From Epithemia pelagica (Eukaryota > Protista > Bacillariophyta), in assembly GCA_946965045.2 (NCBI GenBank), contig OX337239.1:3038001-3102000 (forward strand): a stretch of DNA of 64,000 nucleotides. The letters run 5' to 3'. Both the position numbers and the translations under genes were made by a program. Below, one piece after another: positions 57,783 to 64,000 of this stretch. The notes beneath the pieces were generated by a model. It saw nothing but the letters and a program-made list of their open reading frames with translations. It made no database searches and was not told the origin of the DNA. Numbering within the stretch: position 1 is the stretch's first letter; each line of letters opens with the position of its first letter.

Positions 57783-60700
57783 CAACCAAACCCGGGGTGG
57801 TTCCCCGGGCTGCTTCAAGACATCAAGCAGCTCATATACACAGTATTAGTGACGATCGTGTTATCAGGTTATACAATACTGTGTTTCGAGCTATGGTCCC
57901 CTAGACGAACTACCATCGACTACTGGCTAAAGACCGCAAGCAACGCATGCGACCAGATGGCGACTACTATGGCGACCGCAATCAAGACGAAGAAGAAAAG
58001 ACGACTCGACCATGGTAAACTACGACGACGGAGGAAGATGACCGGACTCCTAAGAGCATTATGCATGGTGACGATTCTTACTTCAACAACTGGATTAGTA
58101 TCCAACAGAGCGGCCCATGACGTCGGATTCGATACCGACAGCCGCAAAGTACTCATCGACAACTGTGCCACTGCGTCCATCACCAACGACATCAACGATT
58201 GTTGCACGAAACCAGTCAAGATTAAGCGACGAGTGAAAGGAGTGGCCGGGACGTTCCACCCAGACATTTACGAGACGACGATACGATGGGATATCGAGGA
58301 CGACGATGGGAAAATACATACAATCACGCTTCCCCGATCATTCTACATCCCATCAACGCCGACGCGACTCTTGTCTCCACAACACTGGGCTCAAACCGCA
58401 AAAGACAACAAACCTGTACCGAGAGGGACTCGATGCACAACATATGGTAACAGTATCGAACTCGTGTGGGGACAAGGACACTTCAAACAAACAGTGCCGC
58501 TCAACAAGAAGGGATCAAACGTTGGAGAATTCACAACAGCCCCAGGCTATACACGATACGAGACGTTCTGCAAGAGAGCGGGCACAACGATCGAACAAGA
58601 AGATAACAAACCACTGTTAGCTCACAACGCGAATCTTATCGAAGACGACGACGAGTCCATCATTGAACGATCTCCAGCAACGGTCGGAGAAGACGAATCG
58701 ACAGACGACGAGAGTATTTTCCAAAACGACAATCTCGACGACGAGGAAAATGAGAAGTACTTTCCGAGTAGAGATGTACCGATGACTACAGAATTTCTCA
58801 TCGGTCCGAATGAAACGGTACACGTGATCCCCAACGAAGAAGAACGACTACCCGAGAGTCCAACGCTAGAGTTACTCAGGACTCACCACCGTATGGGACA
58901 CCTCTCTATGGCTAAGATCCAATCAATGGCACGTCAGAGTATACTCCCAAAACGACTGGCTAACTGCAAAATACCTGTTTGTACAGCATGCATGTACGGA
59001 AAGGCGACCAGACGCCCATGGAGAATCAAGGGTCATCGAGGTACATTGGACGTCATGACGTCACCAGGACAATGCGTATCCGTGGATCAAATGATATCCA
59101 AGACTCCAGGGTATATAGCCCACTTACGAGGGACTCCAACACGGGACCGATATAAGGTGGCTACTATCTTTGTGGATCACTATTCAGGTATAGGTTACGT
59201 TCACTTGCAGAGAACTACATCAGCAAAAGACACTATAGAAGCTAAAGATCGATTCGAAGCATGGGCCGATACGCATGGAGTTGCAATTCGTCATTACCAT
59301 GCCGATAACGGTATCTTCGCTGACAACAAGTTCCGAGAAGCCGTCCAAGCGAAAGGCCAACGCCTTACCTTCAGCGGGGTCAACGCACACTTCCAGAGCG
59401 GTATGGCCGAACGCCGCATTCGGGACCTACAAGAATCAGCACGAACCATGCTAGTTCATGCACAGAGACGCTGGCCGTCCACCATAACGACGAACCTATG
59501 GCCCTACGCCATAAGATACGCCAACGACATGTTCAACGAAGCACCTATGAAGAAACAGAAAGACAAAACTCCAATGGAGTTATTCACTGGTTCAACAGTT
59601 CGGTTCAATACAAGACTAGCCCATACGTTCGGGTGTCCCGCTTACGTGCTTGACAACGATCTCCAGAGTGGAACACCTATCCCGAAATGGTCAGAACGCG
59701 CTCGGGTTGGCATTTTCTTGGGATACTCTCCGCAACATTCTAGAACCATTGGGCTTATTCTATCACTATCATTCGGATTGACGTCACCTCAGTTCCATGT
59801 GCAGTACGACGACGCTTTCGAAACACTAAGGGCGAGTTTTGGAGAAGCCCCGCCAGTATCACAATGGCAGTACAAAGCAGGATTTACGAAAAGAGCCCCA
59901 CGAATGAGGGAGACAGCAAGTGTACCTCAACTCGGAAGCACAGCGACGTCACCAAGGAGAACAAGAATTGCAAACGACGTGCCGCATGACAACGACGTAT
60001 CACATAATGAAGAACCGTCCTCGGACACTATGCATCCTACCTTAGATGAGGGAGAAACGCTACCCCAACATGAGGGAGCTAGGCGGTCGCAACGTACAAC
60101 CCGTCGGACTCAGAGGTATCAGGACTATTTGACATCGCTACAAGACAAAAACGACGCCATTGCAGAATTAGCTATCACTGCTAAACCAGCGATTACGGTC
60201 AAGACAGCCCAAGCAAACAGTAACCCAGATGTAATGTACTGGCATGAAGCTATGAAACAGAAGGATCGAGAAGAGTTCATCAAAGCCGCTCAGAAAGAAG
60301 TACAAGATCATAGCGACAATGGCCTATGGGAAGTTGTCAAAAGGAAGGATATTCCGAAAGGAGCATTGATTTCACGCGGAGTATGGAGCTGTGTTCGAAA
60401 ACGAAGACTCAAAACAAGAGAAGTCTATAAATGGAAATCAAGGCTCGCTTACGACGGGTCTATGCAAGAAAAGGGAGTCAACTACTGGGAAACATATGCC
60501 CCAGTTATTCAATGGCCGGTCGTCCGTTTTGTCTTAACTATGGCACTTACTCAAGGATGGCATATCAAGCAAGTTGATTACGTCTTGGCGTATACGCAAG
60601 CAGTGGCGGAGACCGACATGTACATGGAGGCGCCAAGGAGCTTTACATTCGACACCAAAGGCAATCAACGAGCCGAGGATTACGTGCTCAAAATCAAACA

Positions 60701-61838
60701 AAATTATTACGGCCAGAAACAAGGAGCCCGAGTATGGAACCAGCACTTGGTCAAGCGGCTGAAAGACGTGGGTTTCCAACAGAGTGCATATGATGAATGC
60801 CTCTTTTACCACGGAAAGTGCGTGTACATTTTGTACACTGATGACTCTCTCTTGATGGGCCCAGACCAAGACGAGCTAAACAGGTTGATTGTCACAATGG
60901 AAGAAAGTGGATTGAAGATGACGTACGAGGACGGAGTAAATGATTTTCTCGGAGTCAACGTTGAAAAGAAAGACGATGGAACCATCCATTTGACCCAACC
61001 ACATTTGATCGACTCGATCCTCCACGACCTTCACTTGGTCGACAAAACAACCAAGACAAAAGACACACCGGCACCCACAACGGTACGACTAAGACAAGAT
61101 CAGGACGGGAAGCCTTTTGACGGGCACTTCCATTATCGAGCCGCAATAGGGAAACTGAATTTTCTGGAAAAGAGCACTCGGCCAGATATCAGCTTCGCCG
61201 TTCACCAATGTGCAAGATTTTGTGAGAATCCACGAGCGATACATGGCAAAGCAGTAAAACACATTGCACGTTACCTTGCTGCCACAAAGAAGAAGGGGAT
61301 CATCCTCAACCCAGACGAGACACAGTCGTTCCAAGTCTTCGCAGACGCCGACTTCGCAGGTAATTTCAATAAGCTGGACCACCCGAATCGGGACATGGCA
61401 CGATCGAGAACAGGGTTTGCAGTCATCTATGCTGGTTGTCCCATCCTGTGGCAATCCAAATTGCAGTCAGAGATCGCATTATCAACAACGGAAGCCGAGA
61501 TTATAAGCCTCTCGCATGCATTACGTACCGTGATCCCATTGATGTCCATCACTCGAGAGATGAAGGAATTGGGTTTCCCAGTACTATCCACAACGCCACA
61601 AGTCCACTGCAAGGCATTCGAAGATAACAGTGGCGCTGTGGAATTAGCAACAGTACACAAGTATCGCCCTCGAACACGATATCTCTGCACCAAGTTGTTC
61701 CACTTCAAATCTTTTGTGGAACGAAAGGAAATCGAGATCCTCCCATGCGCGACAGACGACCAGACGGCAGATATCTTCACAAAATCTCTTAGTACGACGC
61801 CCTTCGAGCAACACCGCAAGAAACTTCAAGGATGGTAG
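57783..61838 (+). CDS. pol: Pol (protease, integrase, RT, RNase H), open reading frame
   Basis: LIDNCATAS; HHRMGH…CTAC; SVDQM, FVDHYS, DNG, GMAERRI; RLAYDG, QVDYVLAY, YYGQKQGARVW, YTDD; FADADFAG, STTEAE, EDNSGA, ADIFTK. Confidence 0.95.
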   Translation, partial: QPNPGWFPGLLQDIKQLIYTVLVTIVLSGYTILCFELWSPRRTTIDYWLKTASNACDQMATTMATAIKTKKKRRLDHGKLRRRRKMTGLLRALCMVTILTSTTGLVSNRAAHDVGFDTDSRKVLIDNCATASITNDINDCCTKPVKIKRRVKGVAGTFHPDIYETTIRWDIEDDDGKIHTITLPRSFYIPSTPTRLLSPQHWAQTAKDNKPVPRGTRCTTYGNSIELVWGQGHFKQTVPLNKKGSNVGEFTTAPGYTRYETFCKRAGTTIEQEDNKPLLAHNANLIEDDDESIIERSPATVGEDESTDDESIFQNDNLDDEENEKYFPSRDVPMTTEFLIGPNETVHVIPNEEERLPESPTLELLRTHHRMGHLSMAKIQSMARQSILPKRLANCKIPVCTACMYGKATRRPWRIKGHRGTLDVMTSPGQCVSVDQMISKTPGYIAHLRGTPTRDRYKVATIFVDHYSGIGYVHLQRTTSAKDTIEAKDRFEAWADTHGVAIRHYHADNGIFADNKFREAVQAKGQRLTFSGVNAHFQSGMAERRIRDLQESARTMLVHAQRRWPSTITTNLWPYAIRYANDMFNEAPMKKQKDKTPMELFTGSTVRFNTRLAHTFGCPAYVLDNDLQSGTPIPKWSERARVGIFLGYSPQHSRTIGLILSLSFGLTSPQFHVQYDDAFETLRASFGEAPPVSQWQYKAGFTKRAPRMRETASVPQLGSTATSPRRTRIANDVPHDNDVSHNEEPSSDTMHPTLDEGETLPQHEGARRSQRTTRRTQRYQDYLTSLQDKNDAIAELAITAKPAITVKTAQANSNPDVMYWHEAMKQKDREEFIKAAQKEVQDHSDNGLWEVVKRKDIPKGALISRGVWSCVRKRRLKTREVYKWKSRLAYDGSMQEKGVNYWETYAPVIQWPVVRFVLTMALTQGWHIKQVDYVLAYTQAVAETDMYMEAPRSFTFDTKGNQRAEDYVLKIKQNYYGQKQGARVWNQHLVKRLKDVGFQQSAYDECLFYHGKCVYILYTDDSLLMGPDQDELNRLIVTMEESGLKMTYEDGVNDFLGVNVEKKDDGTIHLTQPHLIDSILHDLHLVDKTTKTKDTPAPTTVRLRQDQDGKPFDGHFHYRAAIGKLNFLEKSTRPDISFAVHQCARFCENPRAIHGKAVKHIARYLAATKKKGIILNPDETQSFQVFADADFAGNFNKLDHPNRDMARSRTGFAVIYAGCPILWQSKLQSEIALSTTEAEIISLSHALRTVIPLMSITREMKELGFPVLSTTPQVHCKAFEDNSGAVELATVHKYRPRTRYLCTKLFHFKSFVERKEIEILPCATDDQTADIFTKSLSTTPFEQHRKKLQGW

Positions 61839-61865
61839 CATCATCTTTCCCCGTCCGTGAGGGAG

Positions 61866-62338
61866 TGTTCAAAAGATCTACGTAATCGTCCGGGAATGGA
61901 CCCGGGACTCCCATTCGGAAGTAGGAGATCGGCCGAAGAAAAGATGAGCATCATTCATCTTGAGAATTTGTCCCTCAAAGGACATGAACGACGGGCATCC
62001 AAACAAGATGCTCACGAACGATACAACAAAGACAACGCGTCATCGTCATGAGCGTTTAGAAGTGACAAACCGGCCCAATTCAACTGATACAGGCCAAAAG
62101 AATAACTGGCATTGCCTAAAAGGAACAACGGCCAAGAACGGGCAGGAGACACCCATTTAGGAAAACAAGATCGATGGACGATTGAACTATCGCCCAACCA
62201 TCGACTCAACGCATCAAAAGGAAAGACCTCAACGCCTTAGGCTGCAACACGCTAGATTAACCAAATAAACTCACAACTTAACTTCGTTTACACGGGTTGA
62301 GCTCTTTCTCTTTTACCTACGGTAGGGAGAAAACAACA
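61866..62338 (+). repeat. 3' LTR (473 bp)
   Basis: Direct repeat of 56006-56478. Confidence 0.97.
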
Positions 62339-64000
62339 GATACCTTGGCCTTTCTGTCGCCCGAACAAGTCCAAATCGATCCGAGAGCCGATCTTTTACC
62401 CTCGGCCATTGAAAGTGGTGCTTGTTTGGTCCGAACTATAGAGACGAATCGAGCAGAACAAGAAAACGGAGATCCTCAACGACCAGCTCACAACGCTTTG
62501 GTCCGTCACAGCAAATCCTTCTTTGCTCCCTGTGGAATGCAACCCAATACGAGTAGGAATCGTGAATGTTGTTGTATATGTGGCGCAACGGAATCCGCAA
62601 GACAGATATCCTTGCACATGGTGTATTCGTATGCAAAACGGTACAAGTGGCGTCCACGAACAACCACAAGGGAGTTCCAAAGGATGCAAGTACAAGAAAT
62701 TGCAATCATGAGAAGACGTTGAATGCTGCCCTTGCCTTTTGTTCATTGTCGACTGAGCATGCGACACTTGCGCAAGACTGTGGTCCCTGACCGGGAAGTG
62801 TATCGTGGATCGCTCATAGCAAAGACTCCACAGTCGTCGTGGTCGAAAGTCAACTGCGACGTTGACGGTCCAAGGAAATGACTGGCGCGGCTTCCTTCAC
62901 ACCACAACGTGTATTTCACTGCAGAGAGATACGATTCCTTGGGCCGCCGTTCGTGCATCCAGGAACTGACTGGAGGTTCTCAGGCTGGTTTGATTGGGCG
63001 TCTTTCGAGAGGCAAGATGTCCTTTTCGTGCTGAAGTACCGTATTCCGTTACTGTTGCCACGATCGCTCCAAGCTACGGCAAAACTGATACCATTCCACC
63101 AGCATTCTCTGAGGAACACCGATGGTGAAACCATTTCCAATGTGCATTGATACGCAATGCCTCCATCCAATTCACAGTCGTCAACAGTCCGGGTCCCCGA
63201 AGTTGCATCCGATCCATGTCTTATTGACACGCGCGGCTTTGATCAAGGCTAGAGCGCTCCATTCAAAGAATAAAACTGAACCACGTCCCAGAGCACGAAT
63301 TCGGTCACTTGGACAACGAAGGAACATGATGATCATGCGCCTCCAATCTTTTGGCTGTGTGTCATGCATCCTATGTGCGATCAACACTCTGGCTCAAATG
63401 CTTCCACGCGTTACCCTCTAGCGGGGGTGGTTTCGAGATTGAAGTTTCTGTGAACCACCCCCATACCTTTTTCCTGGCTCCTGTCGCCCGGCATATCTCA
63501 TTCCTTCCACCGCGATAACAACACGACAATCAAACTTTGTCGTTGCTGGTGACCTCCTACGGCCACCCCATCATGATCCGACCATCACATGCTTCATATT
63601 GGTACCATGGCAGTGCATTGTGAGGGGCATAGTGCATGCGGGCCATTCTAGGAAATGACCAATACAGTGACGCGGTAATACGGCACAATAGGAGACTATG
63701 ATGGCGTGAAAATAAATGAGAGTTGCTGTTTTGCTATCCATACACTGTGTAGCTACTACTGTGATGTGTATTGTGTACCAATAGGTCTCCAAACAATGCA
63801 AGATAAGAGCCATATAGTCCCTTTGAGTTGCTTCGTTCGAAATGGCAAGACGTCGCGTCCGTTCCTGTGCCACGAGGCATGGCGCCTATGAGTCTGATGC
63901 ATAACAGCCTTAACCTTTAAACTTTGGTGATGCAGATGTATTCTACACTATTGGTTTGAGGTCTATGACGGGGAAGACAGGTTTGAAGAGTCCAAATAGG

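Larger units (their letters stand above)
56006..62338 (+). mobile_element. Full-length, very young CoDi-like Ty1/Copia LTR retrotransposon
   Basis: TG…CA LTRs at 56006-56478 and 61866-62338, with one mismatch seen (56125 A versus 61985 T). GATACC lies on both flanks, and a purine tract GAGGGAG precedes the 3' LTR. Domain order is PR-INT-RT-RH. Confidence 0.97.

Noticed and set aside
56888-61844. Overlapping and antisense ORFs inside the Copia element
   Set aside because: They are shadow frames of gag/pol with no recognisable motifs.
63420-64000. Possible new mobile element at the window end
   Set aside because: Homology to the Kelch upstream unit stops at ~63410 and a small hairpin follows, but no coding motif could be recognised.

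Overview
Eukaryotic nuclear DNA, most likely a diatom or related stramenopile. This is inferred from CoDi-like Copia elements, diatom-style ankyrin and LRR remnants and a short GT-AG intron; there is no prokaryotic signal. The window has three zones. (1) 1-20.5 kb is a transposon graveyard. It holds a Plavaka-type transposase pseudogene and, on the same strand, a TET/JBP-like Fe(II) dioxygenase gene and a RanBP2-zinc-finger/RING gene. It also holds a 778-bp inverted duplication, tandem repeats, a ~550-bp (GTT)n tract and a decayed Ty3/Gypsy element. (2) At 21-22 kb there is one ordinary host gene, a GT8 glycosyltransferase. (3) 23-64 kb is a rearranged array of seven co-oriented Kelch beta-propeller paralogues with hypervariable ligand-face loops. 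Interleaved with them are ankyrin remnants, two complementary halves of an LRR-TIR gene, a truncated Copia element and a very young full-length Copia element (LTRs 472/473 identical). The best leads are the Plavaka-linked TET/JBP enzyme that lacks the usual 2-oxoglutarate Arg, the in-frame UGA-CARYYA plus stem-loop Gag-Pol readthrough signal and tRNA-fragment-like PBS of the young Copia, and the Kelch/LRR-TIR immune-like cluster. All family calls come from motif recognition by eye; no searches were run.
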